A stretch of DNA of 64,000 nucleotides from Eubacteriales bacterium (GTDB lineage: Bacteria > Bacillota > Clostridia > Oscillospirales > SIG627): assembly GCA_045543495.1 (NCBI GenBank), contig JAZQMO010000028.1, positions 1,446 through 65,445 on the forward strand, in the 5' to 3' direction. Positions 1 to 10,392 of this stretch are shown piece after piece. Within the stretch, counting starts at the first letter, position 1, and each line of letters opens with the position of its first letter. The translations under genes and the position numbers were made by a program. The notes beneath the pieces are model-generated. The model saw only the letters and a program-made list of their open reading frames with translations. It was not told where the DNA came from and made no database searches.

Positions 1-176
1 CCCGTGATATTCACGAAAACCGTGAGCATTTGAAGAAAGCCGCCGAGGCGGCCGATGCCTGCGCCCAAAAATGGGGTTGGAAGACCCTTTGGTGCACCGA
101 TGAAAAGGGCGAGCTTTTCTCCATTGAGAAGATCTCGGAAATGGTGCTTGGCGTCGTGAAGGAGGAATTATGGTAA
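1..176 (+). CDS. C-terminal fragment of an unidentified protein (the gene starts upstream of the window)
   Basis: Frame 3 is open from the window edge to TAA at 174-176 (...SIEKISEMVLGVVKEELW*). No diagnostic motif was recognised. Confidence 0.3.
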   Translation, partial: RDIHENREHLKKAAEAADACAQKWGWKTLWCTDEKGELFSIEKISEMVLGVVKEELW

Positions 177-721
177 GCGTTTTTCTGGCAGAGGGCTTTG
201 AGGAAATGGAAGCCGTCACTCCGGTGGATATATTGCGCCGTGCGGGGATCGAGGTTCGCACCTGCAGCATTGGAGAAACAAGAGAGGTGCGAGGAGCCCA
301 CGGGGTTCCCTTCGTGGCAGATTGCACCTTGGCGGAAGCACAGGATGGGGAAGAGGTCATTGTCCTTCCCGGCGGAATGCCCGGCACCTTAAATCTCGGT
401 GCCTGCAAGGCGCTTTGTCAGCGTATTTTGGATCACGCCGCCAAGGGGAAGCTTCTTGCCGCCATTTGTGCCGCTCCCACCGTTTTCGGCTCTCTTGGCC
501 TGTTGCAAAACTGCACCGCCACCTGCTATCCCGGAATGGAGGATCAGCTTCATTCTGCCGCCGTCTCCAAGGAAAAGACCGTTTATTCCAACGGGATCCT
601 CACCTCCCGAGGCCCCGGCACCGCCGCTGATTTTGCCTTTCATCTGGTGCTTCTTTTGAAAGGGCAGGAAAAAGCGGAGGAGCTTCGGCGTGCCATGTGC
701 TTTGAGGGGGATCGGACTTGA
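170..721 (+). CDS. DJ-1/PfpI (ThiJ) family protein
   Basis: 183-aa ORF with a DJ-1 family layout. It has VLPGG and the nucleophile-elbow Cys in AAICAAP. GGAGG lies just upstream of the ATG. Confidence 0.85.
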   Translation: MVSVFLAEGFEEMEAVTPVDILRRAGIEVRTCSIGETREVRGAHGVPFVADCTLAEAQDGEEVIVLPGGMPGTLNLGACKALCQRILDHAAKGKLLAAICAAPTVFGSLGLLQNCTATCYPGMEDQLHSAAVSKEKTVYSNGILTSRGPGTAADFAFHLVLLLKGQEKAEELRRAMCFEGDRT

Positions 722-1677
722 AGCTGAAAGCCAATTTCTACGCCCCCATTCTCTTCGGTGTGATCCTGATTTTGTCGGGCCTGTCCACCACCTTGACGGA
801 GCTTGTCCTGCGCATTGCGGATCATCCCTTTTTGGCGGTTACCATTATCCAGCTTTTGATCTATCTTCTGCCCTTGGCCTTTTATTGCCGTATGAGAAAT
901 TTCAATTTGGCCTCCGCCTTGAAATTTCGCTATGTAGCGCCGAAAAAGATCCCGTTTCTGGTGATCGTGACCCTGATTTTATTCACTGCCATCCTCCTGT
1001 TTCGTTATGTGGGGCTCTTTTTCCTGCAGGATGCGTTTGTGGATACTCCCACCGCCCTTTTCATTCCTTTGGACAGCGACAGCACCTTTCTCGTTCTGTT
1101 TTGCAATGTGCTGCTGCCCGCCCTGTTTGAGGAAAGCATATTCCGTGGCCTGATTTTGGAGGAATACCGCTCCTTCGGCTCCGTGTGGGCCATTTCCGTC
1201 AGCTCGGTGATGTATGCGATGGTGCATCTGTCGGGAGAGAATTTCCTGTATTATCTTGTTTTAGGCTGTGTTTTGGGCCTTGTCACCGTGGCGTCCGACT
1301 CCATTGTGCCCGCCCTTTTTATTCATATTTTTCTGAATTATTCCTACCTGAATTTCAGCTCGGGGATTGTGGAATATTTAAGACAGGCGGGGAAAAGCCC
1401 CCTGCTTCCGTATCTTTTGGTCGCCCTCTTCATTTTGCTTTTTGTCTTTCTGTTTTCCCGCTTGGAGGTCATTTATCAGGACAAGGTGTATGAAGAAATG
1501 CTGAAAAGCAGAAAGGAATTGCTCCGCAAGGAATTGGAGCGCTCCCGTGAGCAAAAGCAGGAAGCGGAGTCGGAGAAGGATTCCCGCTTGACCACCCTGA
1601 AGGAGATCTATCTTTCTCCTACCTTTTTGGCTACGGTTGCCATCTTTGTTTTGGTGGTATCCGGCGTATTATTCTGA
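718..1677 (+). CDS. CPBP family intramembrane glutamic endopeptidase (CAAX protease/Abi-like)
   Basis: Multi-TM protein with the motifs EESIFRG (EExxxR) and YAMVHL. The TTG start overlaps the previous stop (TTGA). The C-terminus has a K/E-rich helix and one more TM. Confidence 0.8.
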   Translation: MKLKANFYAPILFGVILILSGLSTTLTELVLRIADHPFLAVTIIQLLIYLLPLAFYCRMRNFNLASALKFRYVAPKKIPFLVIVTLILFTAILLFRYVGLFFLQDAFVDTPTALFIPLDSDSTFLVLFCNVLLPALFEESIFRGLILEEYRSFGSVWAISVSSVMYAMVHLSGENFLYYLVLGCVLGLVTVASDSIVPALFIHIFLNYSYLNFSSGIVEYLRQAGKSPLLPYLLVALFILLFVFLFSRLEVIYQDKVYEEMLKSRKELLRKELERSREQKQEAESEKDSRLTTLKEIYLSPTFLATVAIFVLVVSGVLF

Positions 1678-1688
1678 GAGGTTGTCGT

Positions 1689-3116
1689 ATGAACGAAGAA
1701 ACCAGATCCCCCAAGGATCAAAAAGAAAATACCATTGATATTTTGGTTCCCCAAACGAAAAAGGAGAGCCAGCCCTCCCCTGTGAAAACGGAAAAGGCAG
1801 AGCCCCCAAAGGAGCAGACCCGTAAGATCTCTCCCGCTGCGGCAAAGCCCACCACCCGCTCCATTGCGCAAAAGACAAGGGTGGGCACCACAGCGGTGAA
1901 TTTGGGAGAAAAGATCAAGGCAAAAAAGCCTGCTTCGGGAAAGCCCATCCCCCCCTTGGCCGTCAAGGATAAAAAGCCCAAGGGCGAAAAGAAGAAGGTA
2001 ACGGCTGATCAGCTGACCCGCTTTAAGAACGATCTTCGCTCCACTGTGCTTCGTGCCCTGATTTATATGGGCGTGGTGGTTCTCATTTCCACTCTGCTTT
2101 CTATCCTTGCCATTCGATGGGGCAATGACATTTTTGCTCTGGTCAAGGATGAGGTCACCGCCACCGTTACCATTCCCGAGGATGCTACCATCGGCGAGGT
2201 CTCCCGCATTTTGGAGGACAACGGACTCATCGAGTATTCCTCTGTGTTCCGTGCCTATATCAGCTTCAAAAATCGGGATGCCGACCCGCCCCTTTCCTTT
2301 AAGGCAGGGGAGTATGAACTGTCAAGCCTGTTAAATTACGACCAGATCGTCAGTAAGATCAAAAATCGCCGCTCCCGTAGCATTGTGACCATTACCATTC
2401 CCGAGGGCTATACGGTGGATGAGATCATTGACCTTTTTGTATCGCAGGATATCGGCACCAGAGAGGGCTTCCTTTACGCCGTCAACGAATATCCCTACGA
2501 GTATACCTTTATGGAGAAATTGGCCGAGATCGAATTTTCCTCGGACCGTCGCTACCGTCTGGAGGGCTACCTGTTCCCCGATACCTATGATTTCTATACC
2601 GACTCCACCGAGGTTGCCATTGTGGATAAAATGCTCTCGGCCTTTGAAGCAAGGTTTGAGGATGCCTATTACGCCCGCCTTGCCGAGATCGATATGAATT
2701 TGGACGAGGTTATCACCTTGGCCTCCATCGTGCAAAAGGAAGGAAAATTCAATTCTGATTTTTACCCCATTTCCGGTGTATTCCACAACCGTATGAAATC
2801 CAAGACTCTGCGCCGCCTGCAGTCCGATGCCACGGTTCAGTATTGCCTGACCGAGCACAAGGAGGAGCTCAGCTACAACGATCTTGAGATTCAGAATCCC
2901 TATAACACCTACCGCAACGAGGGTCTGCCTCCCTCTGCCATCTCCAACCCCGGTTGGGAGGCCATTCAGGCGGCCCTTTACCCCGAGAAGCATTCTCACT
3001 ACTACTTTGTATCCGATACCGATGGCTCCACCGTATTTGCTGACACCGAGCCTCAGCATTTGAAGAATGTTGCCGCCCTTCGTGCCGCCAAGGAGAACGG
3101 AACCACCATCGACTGA
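1689..3116 (+). CDS. mltG: Endolytic murein transglycosylase MltG (YceG family) with a long K/P-rich N-terminal tail
   Basis: Carries the YceG motifs LASIVQKEG and NPYNTYRNEGLPPSAISNPG. A single TM follows a low-complexity N-terminus of about 130 aa. Confidence 0.9.
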   Translation: MNEETRSPKDQKENTIDILVPQTKKESQPSPVKTEKAEPPKEQTRKISPAAAKPTTRSIAQKTRVGTTAVNLGEKIKAKKPASGKPIPPLAVKDKKPKGEKKKVTADQLTRFKNDLRSTVLRALIYMGVVVLISTLLSILAIRWGNDIFALVKDEVTATVTIPEDATIGEVSRILEDNGLIEYSSVFRAYISFKNRDADPPLSFKAGEYELSSLLNYDQIVSKIKNRRSRSIVTITIPEGYTVDEIIDLFVSQDIGTREGFLYAVNEYPYEYTFMEKLAEIEFSSDRRYRLEGYLFPDTYDFYTDSTEVAIVDKMLSAFEARFEDAYYARLAEIDMNLDEVITLASIVQKEGKFNSDFYPISGVFHNRMKSKTLRRLQSDATVQYCLTEHKEELSYNDLEIQNPYNTYRNEGLPPSAISNPGWEAIQAALYPEKHSHYYFVSDTDGSTVFADTEPQHLKNVAALRAAKENGTTID

Positions 3117-3131
3117 TAGAAAGGAAATGAT

Positions 3132-4439
3132 TTGGAAAACACCCTTCTTATTTTGATCCTGATTCTTTCCGCCGCTACCTTTGTTTTCAGCGTTGTTACC
3201 GCCTTTTCTGCCCGCAAAAAGGGCGGTGTAGAGAGAGAGGATCTGGAGCGTCAGGGAGAGAGAACGGAACGCTCCCTTTCCGCCGCTCGCCGTGAGATCA
3301 GCGAGGAAAATGCCAGAAGTCTGGAATCCTTCTCCCGCTCCCTCAGATCCTCCCAAGCGGAGATCTTTGAGAGACAGGACAAGCGCATTGCGGAATTGAC
3401 CCAAAATCTCAACGCCGCCATGAAGGGAGTGGATGAGCGCATTGCGCAATTAAACTCCTTTCAGGAAAAGAATGCACAGGCCCTGCGGGAAACCGTAGAT
3501 GCCAAGCTGGGCGAGATCCGTCAGGGCAATGAAAAGAGCTTGGGAGAGATCCGCCAAAGCGTGGAGGAAAAGCTGCAAAGCGCTCTGGAGGATCGCATCA
3601 GCCGCTCCTTCAAGGAGGTCAGCGACCGCTTGGAGCAGGTATACCGTGGTCTCGGAGAAATGCAGACCCTTGCCAGCGGCGTGGGAGACTTAAAAAAGGT
3701 TCTCTCCAATGTAAAGACCCGCGGCATTTTGGGCGAGATTCAGCTGGGTGCCATTTTGGAGGAGATCCTTTCTCCCGAGCAGTATCAGAGCAACGTTGCC
3801 ACCGTGCCCGGATCCCAAAATCGTGTGGAATTTGCCGTTCTTCTGCCGGGGGATGGGGAAGAGAAGGTGTTCTTACCCATTGACTCCAAATTTCCTGCCG
3901 ATGCTTACGTCAGCTTGCAGGATGCCTACGATTCGGCCGACCCCGAATTGGTGAAGGCGCAAAAGGCACAGCTGGAAAGCCGCATCAAATCCTTTGCCAA
4001 GGATATTCATACCAAGTATATTTCTCCTCCCCATACCACGGATTTTGCCATTATGTTCCTTCCCACCGAGGGGCTGTATGCCGAGGTGGTAAAAATGGGA
4101 ATGGTGGAGATTTTGCAGAAGAATTATAAGATCAACATTGCCGGCCCCACCACCATGGCGGCGCTTCTCAATTCCTTGCAAACGGGCTTTCGTACCCTTG
4201 CCATTCAGAAGCGAAGCAGTGAGGTTTGGGAGGTCTTGGGTGCCGTTCGCACGGAGTTTGATAAGTTTGAGAGCGCCCTGCGGGATGCGCAGACCAAATT
4301 GGAGCAGGCCAACCGTGGGCTGGATACTCTGGTGGGTGTCAGAACCCGTCAGATCCAAAGAAAGCTCAAGGGAGTCTCCGCTCTTCCCACCCAAAAGGCA
4401 ATGGCTATTTTAGACGAGGAAAACCATGCAGAAGAATGA
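3132..4439 (+). CDS. rmuC: DNA recombination protein RmuC
   Basis: N-terminal TM, a long E/R/Q-rich helical region and a RmuC-type C-terminal domain ([12 protein letters not shown]). The start is TTG, with AAGGA 6 nt upstream. Confidence 0.85.
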   Translation: MENTLLILILILSAATFVFSVVTAFSARKKGGVEREDLERQGERTERSLSAARREISEENARSLESFSRSLRSSQAEIFERQDKRIAELTQNLNAAMKGVDERIAQLNSFQEKNAQALRETVDAKLGEIRQGNEKSLGEIRQSVEEKLQSALEDRISRSFKEVSDRLEQVYRGLGEMQTLASGVGDLKKVLSNVKTRGILGEIQLGAILEEILSPEQYQSNVATVPGSQNRVEFAVLLPGDGEEKVFLPIDSKFPADAYVSLQDAYDSADPELVKAQKAQLESRIKSFAKDIHTKYISPPHTTDFAIMFLPTEGLYAEVVKMGMVEILQKNYKINIAGPTTMAALLNSLQTGFRTLAIQKRSSEVWEVLGAVRTEFDKFESALRDAQTKLEQANRGLDTLVGVRTRQIQRKLKGVSALPTQKAMAILDEENHAEE

Positions 4440-4896
4440 AAGCATCAAGCCCTGTGCCTCCAACCGCAAGGCCTTTCACGATTATTTCGTGGAGGAGCGG
4501 ATGGAAGCGGGGATCGAACTGTTCGGCACGGAGGTCAAATCCATCCGTGCGGGAACGGTCAATTTGAAGGATTCCTACCTGATCATTCGGGACGGAGAGC
4601 TGTTTGCCAAGGGAATCCATGTCAGCCCCTACGAAAAGGGAAATATCTTCAATCGGGATCCCCTGCGGGAGCGAAAGCTTCTGATGCATAAAAAGGAGAT
4701 CCTGAAATGCAAAAGCCTTTCCGAAAAGGATGGCTACACTCTCATTCCTCTCTCCCTGTATTGGAAGCGGGGCAGAGTGAAGGTGGAGGTTGGCGTGTGC
4801 CGAGGAAAGAAGCTTTACGATAAGAGAGAAAGTGCACTGAAGCGGGATCTGGAACGAGAGAACCGCCGAGGAATAAAACTTGCGGACAGAGATTGA
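4426..4896 (+). CDS. smpB: SsrA-binding protein SmpB
   Basis: 156 aa. NRKAFHDYF...[13 protein letters not shown] is typical of SmpB. The start overlaps the rmuC 3' end. Confidence 0.95.
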   Translation: MQKNESIKPCASNRKAFHDYFVEERMEAGIELFGTEVKSIRAGTVNLKDSYLIIRDGELFAKGIHVSPYEKGNIFNRDPLRERKLLMHKKEILKCKSLSEKDGYTLIPLSLYWKRGRVKVEVGVCRGKKLYDKRESALKRDLERENRRGIKLADRD

Positions 4897-4900
4897 ATCT

Positions 4901-6700
4901 ATGAACAAAGAAATTCGTAATTTTTGTATTATTGCCCATATCGACCACGGAAAATCCACCCTTGCGGATCGGATCTTGGAAGCCACGGGCTCTGTGGAAA
5001 AAAGAGAAATGGAAGCTCAGGTGCTGGACGATATGGAACTGGAAAAAGAGCGTGGCATCACCATTAAGGCCAGAGCCGTTTCGCTGGATTATACCGCAAA
5101 GGACGGCAAGGTATATCAGTTCAACCTGATCGATACCCCCGGCCACGTGGACTTTAACTACGAGGTCTCCCGCTCCCTTTCCGCCTGCGAGGGTGCCCTG
5201 CTTGTGGTGGATTCCACCCAAGGAATTCAGGCTCAGACCCTTGCCAACGCCTACCTTGCCGTGGATCACGATCTGGAGCTTCTCCCCGTGATCAACAAGG
5301 TGGATCTGCCTGCGGCCGATCCCGACAAGGTGAAGGCGGAAATTGAAGATGTAATTGGTATTCCTGCCGACTATGCTCCCTGTGTTTCGGCCAAAACAGG
5401 CCTTCATATTGAGGATGTATTGGAGGGCATCGTACAGTATATCCCTGCTCCTAAGGTAGAGCCGGAAAAGCCTCTGAAGGCTCTCATTTTTGACTCCTTT
5501 TACGATGCCTATAAGGGAATTATTGTGTATTTCCGTGTGTTTGAGGGCTCTCTTTCCAAGGGAGACAGGATCCGTATGATGAATACGGGAGCCGAGTTTG
5601 ATGTGACCGAGGTCGGCACCATGACCACCTTTGGCTATGCCGCCTGCGACAGCCTCTCCTCCGGTCAGGTGGGATATCTGACCGCCTCCATCAAAACCCT
5701 TGCCGAGACCCGTGTGGGCGATACCATCACCTTGGTGGAAAATCCCGCCGCCGAGCCCTTTGAGGGCTTCAAAAAGGCCTTGCCCGTAGTATTCTCGGGC
5801 ATCTATCCTGCCGACGGTGCCCGCTATAACGACCTGCGAGAGGCTTTGGAAAAGCTTCAGCTCAACGATGCCGCCCTGTCCTTCGAGCCGGAAACCAGCG
5901 CCGCCTTGGGCTTTGGCTTCCGTTGCGGATTTTTGGGTCTGCTTCATATGGAGGTCATTCAGGAGCGATTGGAGAGGGAATTCAATCTGGATCTGATCAC
6001 CACCGCCCCCAGCGTAATCTATAAATTGGAGATGACGAGCGGGGAAGAGATCTATATTGATAACCCCACCAACTACCCCGCCGTGGAAAACATTGCCACG
6101 GCATACGAGCCCGTGGTCAGCGCCAGCATCATTACCCCCGTGGAATTTGTGGGCGGTATTATGGATCTGTGTCAGGATCGCCGTGGGGAATTTGTGGATA
6201 TGAAATACATCACCCCCACCCGTACGGAGCTGCATTATAAATTGCCCCTCAATGAGATCGTTTATGACTTTTTCGACGCCCTCAAATCCCGAAGCAAGGG
6301 CTACGCCTCCTTTGATTACAGCGATACGGAGTATGTCCCCTCAAAGCTGGTAAAGCTGGATATTCTGTTAAACGGCGACATTGTGGATGCTCTGTCCTTC
6401 ATCGTCCATAGTGACAAGGCCTATGCCAGAGCCCGCCGCATTGCGGAAAAGCTGAAGGAGAATATTCCCCGTCAGCTCTTTGAGATCCCCGTGCAGGCCG
6501 CCGTGGGCGGCAGAGTCATTGCCCGTGAAACGGTCAAGGCCATGCGAAAGGATGTTCTTGCCAAGTGCTACGGCGGTGATATTACCCGTAAAAAGAAGCT
6601 TCTGGAAAAGCAGAAGGAGGGCAAAAAGAAAATGCGCTCCCTCGGCTCTGTGGAGGTTCCTCAAGAGGCCTTCATGGCAGTGCTCAAGCTGGATGAATAG
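4901..6700 (+). CDS. lepA: Elongation factor 4 (LepA)
   Basis: G motifs [14 protein letters not shown] and NKVD plus a LepA C-terminal domain. ATG 4901 (MNKEIRNF...) is preferred over the track's upstream TTG at 4880. Confidence 0.97.
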   Translation: MNKEIRNFCIIAHIDHGKSTLADRILEATGSVEKREMEAQVLDDMELEKERGITIKARAVSLDYTAKDGKVYQFNLIDTPGHVDFNYEVSRSLSACEGALLVVDSTQGIQAQTLANAYLAVDHDLELLPVINKVDLPAADPDKVKAEIEDVIGIPADYAPCVSAKTGLHIEDVLEGIVQYIPAPKVEPEKPLKALIFDSFYDAYKGIIVYFRVFEGSLSKGDRIRMMNTGAEFDVTEVGTMTTFGYAACDSLSSGQVGYLTASIKTLAETRVGDTITLVENPAAEPFEGFKKALPVVFSGIYPADGARYNDLREALEKLQLNDAALSFEPETSAALGFGFRCGFLGLLHMEVIQERLEREFNLDLITTAPSVIYKLEMTSGEEIYIDNPTNYPAVENIATAYEPVVSASIITPVEFVGGIMDLCQDRRGEFVDMKYITPTRTELHYKLPLNEIVYDFFDALKSRSKGYASFDYSDTEYVPSKLVKLDILLNGDIVDALSFIVHSDKAYARARRIAEKLKENIPRQLFEIPVQAAVGGRVIARETVKAMRKDVLAKCYGGDITRKKKLLEKQKEGKKKMRSLGSVEVPQEAFMAVLKLDE

Positions 6701-7811
6701 TCTTTCCCTCTACCTGCACGTGCCCTTTTGCAAGGCAAAATGTGCCTACTGCGATTTTTATTCCGTTCCTCAAAGGGATCGGATCCCCCAATACGAAAGA
6801 GCACTTTTGAAAAGCATTGCCGCTTGGGGAGAAAAATGTCCCCATCATCGGGTGGAAACCGTCTATTTCGGCGGCGGCACTCCGAGCCTTTTGTCTCCCG
6901 AGGGGCTTTCTGAGATCCTTTGTCAGATCCGAAACAGCTTTTTTCTTTCTCCCACGGCGGAGATCACCGTGGAGCTGAATCCCGAATCCGCCACCGATTC
7001 CTTTCTGGCGGCCGCCCGTGAAAGCGGGGTGAACCGCCTGAGTGTGGGAATGCAGTCCTGCCACAATAGGGAATTGCAAAAGCTCGGTCGGCTTCACGAT
7101 CACGAAAAGACGGTCTCCTGCGTGCATCGCTCCCGCCGCCTCGGCTTTCAAAACATAAGCTTGGATCTGATGTATGCTCTCCCCGATCAAGGGGTGGAGG
7201 ATTTTAAGGAGAGCCTTCGTGTCTGCCTGTCCCTTTCTCCCGAGCACATTTCCTTTTACTGCCTGACCCTTTCCGAGCACGTTCCGCTTTTTTCCGAAAG
7301 AGATCGCCTGCCCGAGGATGATACGGCACGGGAAATGTACCTTTTGGCCTCTCGCACTCTCACCGCGGCGGGCAATGAGCACTATGAGATCTCCAATGCC
7401 GCAAAGCCCGGCTTTGCCTCCCGTCATAATAAAACCTATTGGCAGGGCGGGGAATATCTCGGCATCGGCCCCGGTGCCCATTCCTTTTTGGGTGGCCGCC
7501 GATTTTCTACCGAGTCATGTGTGGAAAAATTCATAGAGAGTTCTTCTGTGGAGGATATGCTTCTGTACGAGCCTCCTATGGATGATGAGGATCGCCTGAC
7601 AGAATATGTAATGCTCTCCCTCCGTCAATCCGCAGGACTTGATTTTTCCCGTCTGCTCTCTCTTTCCGATGAGGCATTTTGTCGGAAAACGGAGAAAAAG
7701 ATGGATCTTCTTTCTCGGCACGGCTTGTGCCGAAAAACCGAAGCAGGGTTTGCCTTGACCCCTGAAGGCTTTTTTGTTTCAAATTCGATCATCACAGAGT
7801 TGATCGGTTAA
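6693..7811 (+). CDS. hemW: Radical SAM heme chaperone HemW (HemN-like, oxygen-independent coproporphyrinogen oxidase family)
   Basis: [22 protein letters not shown] contains the CxxxCxxC cluster. ATG 6693 overlaps the lepA stop. The first 71 aa of the track ORF lie inside lepA and are not coding. Confidence 0.9.
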   Translation: MNSLSLYLHVPFCKAKCAYCDFYSVPQRDRIPQYERALLKSIAAWGEKCPHHRVETVYFGGGTPSLLSPEGLSEILCQIRNSFFLSPTAEITVELNPESATDSFLAAARESGVNRLSVGMQSCHNRELQKLGRLHDHEKTVSCVHRSRRLGFQNISLDLMYALPDQGVEDFKESLRVCLSLSPEHISFYCLTLSEHVPLFSERDRLPEDDTAREMYLLASRTLTAAGNEHYEISNAAKPGFASRHNKTYWQGGEYLGIGPGAHSFLGGRRFSTESCVEKFIESSSVEDMLLYEPPMDDEDRLTEYVMLSLRQSAGLDFSRLLSLSDEAFCRKTEKKMDLLSRHGLCRKTEAGFALTPEGFFVSNSIITELIG

Positions 7812-7820
7812 GAAAAGGAT

Positions 7821-8384
7821 ATGATTATGAAAAAAACACTTCGCCTTTTGTCCCTTTTATTTGCCCTTTCCCTTCTTTTGTGCCTGGTCTCCTGTGCCGA
7901 GGAAGACCCCAATGTCCCCGAAGGCTTCCTTCTGGCGGAAAACGAAGGGGCAGACTATTATTTCTACTATCCCGAAACCTGGCTTTTGGATCGCTCCGAT
8001 GCGGGAATGACCAGCGCCTTTGTGTCCGAAACGGATTTTTCCAACGTCAGCGTTACCGCCTTTACCGCCTCCATTCAGTATCCCACCTTGGCCTCCTACG
8101 CCGAGGAATACTACCTGAAGCAGTTTACGGATAATTTCCAAAACCTTGAGGTGGAGCGCAATCAGGACGGCTCCTTGAAGAGAACGGTGCTCACCGTTGA
8201 CGGAAGAGAAGCCATTTCCTTTACCTATAAGGCCACCTTCTCGGGAGAGGAGTATTCCTTCCGTGCGTGGCTGATTTCCGACAGCGGCTACGTCTACACC
8301 GTTTTGTATACGGCAAAGACCTCAGCATACGAAACCCATCTGCCTTATGCGGAGCAGATCGCACAGAACATTCGGTTCAAATAA
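7821..8384 (+). CDS. Putative lipoprotein of unknown function
   Basis: Signal peptide with lipobox LVSC (Cys25). The mature part is beta-rich with no catalytic motif recognised. Confidence 0.6.
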   Translation: MIMKKTLRLLSLLFALSLLLCLVSCAEEDPNVPEGFLLAENEGADYYFYYPETWLLDRSDAGMTSAFVSETDFSNVSVTAFTASIQYPTLASYAEEYYLKQFTDNFQNLEVERNQDGSLKRTVLTVDGREAISFTYKATFSGEEYSFRAWLISDSGYVYTVLYTAKTSAYETHLPYAEQIAQNIRFK

Positions 8385-8393
8385 AGGAGCATT

Positions 8394-9437
8394 ATGAAAC
8401 AAGAAAAGAATCCCCGTGTGGGAAAGGTAGGCGGTCAGGCCGTTTTGGAAGGCATTATGATGCGCGGCCCCGAAAGCTATACCACCGCCGTTCGCAAGGC
8501 CGACGGCACCATTATCCGTGATTCCCACCCCAATGAGATCAAAAAGAAAAACGCCTTTTTGCGCCTTCCCGTGATCCGTGGCGTGGTCAGCTTTGTGGAA
8601 AGCATGATCCTGTCCTTTTCCACCCTGGGCTTTGCCGCCGAGGCGCTGGAATTGGAGGAGGAGACCAAATTTGAAAAATGGCTCACCCGTGTGTTCGGCA
8701 AAAGCCTCACCGCCATCGTAATGGGCATCGGAACCGTCTTGGGCGTGGCGCTGGGCGCTCTTTTGTTCATCGTTCTCCCCGCCTTTATCGCCTCGTTTAT
8801 TCCCAACGAGATCGTAAGAAAGGTGCTGGAGGGAGTGCTGCGCATCGCCATCTTTTTGTCCTATATTTCTTTGGTCTCCCTGATGAATGACATCAAGCGT
8901 ACCTTTATGTACCACGGGGCAGAGCACAAGAGCATTTTTTGCTACGAAAAGGGGCTTGAGCTGAATGTGGAAAACATCCGAGCCCAAAAGAGATTTCACC
9001 CTCGCTGCGGCACCAGCTTTATGGTTCTGATGATGATCGTTGGCATTTTCATCGGTCTTTTGATCGGTGTGCTTTTTCCTACCACCAAGGAAAATACGGT
9101 CTTGTATATCGGCATTAAGTTCCTGCTTCTTCCCATTACGATGGGCCTTGGGTATGAGATCATTCGCTTCGCGGGACGCCACGACAATGCCTTCATCCGC
9201 TTTGTGACCGCTCCCGGTCTTTGGATCCAGCGCATTACCACCAAGGAGCCTACCGACGATATGATCGAGGTTGCCATTGTGGCCTTAAAATCCGCCTTGA
9301 CCGAGGAGTTTGACGAGGCCTCTGTATTTGAGGGGATCACCCAGCCCGAAACGCCCGAGGAGAATGCGGAGCCTTCTTCCGAAGAGGAGAAGGCTGAGGA
9401 GAGCTCTCCCGAGCAGACACAGGGGGAAGCACAATGA
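8394..9437 (+). CDS. DUF1385 domain-containing membrane protein (YqhQ-like)
   Basis: N-terminal hallmark GGQAVLEGIMMRGP and a multi-TM core. It sits directly upstream of prmC, the usual position for this family. The C-terminal tail is acidic. Confidence 0.8.
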   Translation: MKQEKNPRVGKVGGQAVLEGIMMRGPESYTTAVRKADGTIIRDSHPNEIKKKNAFLRLPVIRGVVSFVESMILSFSTLGFAAEALELEEETKFEKWLTRVFGKSLTAIVMGIGTVLGVALGALLFIVLPAFIASFIPNEIVRKVLEGVLRIAIFLSYISLVSLMNDIKRTFMYHGAEHKSIFCYEKGLELNVENIRAQKRFHPRCGTSFMVLMMIVGIFIGLLIGVLFPTTKENTVLYIGIKFLLLPITMGLGYEIIRFAGRHDNAFIRFVTAPGLWIQRITTKEPTDDMIEVAIVALKSALTEEFDEASVFEGITQPETPEENAEPSSEEEKAEESSPEQTQGEAQ

Positions 9438-10273
9438 CCCTTCGCACCCTTTCCCAAAGGATCAAAAAAGAGTACCGTGAAAAACAAGGAGAGCGCTTTT
9501 TCTCTGAAAAAGCGCTCCTTTCTGCGCTTTTTGAGAAAAGAGGATTGGGGCGAAATGCGCTCTTGACCTCTCCCGATGCCCCCCTTTCCCCTGAAGCGGA
9601 GGAAGAGATGCTGCGGGATGCCCGCCTCCTTTTGGAGGGGGAGCCGCTGCAATATTATTTGGGCACGGAATACTTTTTGGGACGGGAGTTTTTGGTGCGC
9701 AAAAATGTCTTGATCCCCCGACCCGAAACGGAATGTCTTGTGACCTTGGCAAAGGAACTTGCCCCGCAGGACTCTACCGTTTTGGATCTGTGCTGCGGCT
9801 CGGGCTGTGTGGGAATTTCCCTTGTGCTGGAGAGGGAGGATCTGACCTGCCGTGCCGTGGATCTGTCCGACGATGCCCTGTCCCTGACGCGGGAGAACCG
9901 ATGTCGCTTCGGGGTGGAAGAGAGGCTTTGCGTAGAAAAAATGGATGTGCTCGATCCCGAAATGTCCTCCTATTTGAAGGAAATTGCGCCCTCCCTTATT
10001 CTGTCAAATCCTCCTTATCTGACCTTGTCGGAAATGCAGGAGATCGATGAAAACGTAAAACGGGAGCCCAAAATGGCTCTGTTTGGCGGGGAGGACGGGC
10101 TTTTGTTCTACCGCCGCTTTGCCGAGCTTTGCAAGGAAAGGGGCATCCCGTTCCTTTGCGAAATGGGCTCGGCTCAGCAGAAGGGAATTGAGGAAATTGC
10201 GTTCAAAGCAGGCCTTTCCGTCCGATTTTTCTCCGATATGTTCGGTTTGCCCCGTGTATTTCTCCTTTCCTGA
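9434..10273 (+). CDS. prmC: Peptide chain release factor N5-glutamine methyltransferase
   Basis: SAM motif DLCCGSGCVG and catalytic NPPY. The start overlaps the upstream gene's stop (ATGA). Confidence 0.9.
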   Translation: MTLRTLSQRIKKEYREKQGERFFSEKALLSALFEKRGLGRNALLTSPDAPLSPEAEEEMLRDARLLLEGEPLQYYLGTEYFLGREFLVRKNVLIPRPETECLVTLAKELAPQDSTVLDLCCGSGCVGISLVLEREDLTCRAVDLSDDALSLTRENRCRFGVEERLCVEKMDVLDPEMSSYLKEIAPSLILSNPPYLTLSEMQEIDENVKREPKMALFGGEDGLLFYRRFAELCKERGIPFLCEMGSAQQKGIEEIAFKAGLSVRFFSDMFGLPRVFLLS

Positions 10274-10324
10274 CAGAAGGGGACAAAAAGTGCAAAAAAA
10301 GCCTCGTGAACGGCAAAAAAGACC

Positions 10325-10353
10325 TTGCCAAAGAGGCCTTGATATGTTATAAT
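10325..10353 (+). promoter_or_regulatory. Sigma-A type promoter upstream of recA
   Basis: TTGCCA at 10325-10330, a 17-nt spacer, then TATAAT at 10348-10353 preceded by TGt (extended -10). Confidence 0.55.
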
Positions 10354-10392
10354 GAAGCATAGTATAATTGGGATTATTTTGTGGAGGAAATT

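Noticed and set aside
4890-4902. The palindromic 13-mer AGATTGAATCTAT, present upstream of lepA and again at 11517-11529 upstream of the Prs-like gene.
   Set aside because: By rough expectation, tens of exact 13-mer coincidences occur by chance between positions in a 64-kb window. The two copies have different positions relative to their start codons.
4742-6235. A 497-aa antisense ORF across lepA. Similar cases are 2331-3449, 15067-16674, 16433-17815, 25069-26106, 25931-26968, 29741-30979, 31044-32111, 33012-33917, 35898-37223, 45222-46343, 50103-51353 and 60511-61620.
   Set aside because: All are same-register shadow ORFs opposite strongly supported housekeeping genes. None has recognisable domains or translation signals.
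6480-6692. N-terminal extensions of track ORFs. Examples are hemW 6480, recX 12592, rimO 13148, cinA 16565, rsmD 20103, coaD 20693, ftsL 22701, murG 30939, udg 44466 and the MecA-like ORF 44948.
   Set aside because: The extensions overlap the preceding gene or a terminator. In each case an internal start with an RBS gives the conserved N-terminus of the family.
10363-10376. The shared motif TATAATTGGGAT(W)AT, seen upstream of both recA (10363) and ptsH (17922).
   Set aside because: Half of it is simply a -10 hexamer. Only two copies exist, and 12-mer coincidences are expected in 64 kb. No third copy or clear palindrome is common to both.
10274-10392. A search for a Firmicute LexA/DinR box (GAAC-N4-GTTC) upstream of recA, and also upstream of uvrC at 18233-18286.
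   Set aside because: Only an isolated GAAC half-site was seen (GTGAACGG). No palindromic partner is present, so no SOS box is claimed.
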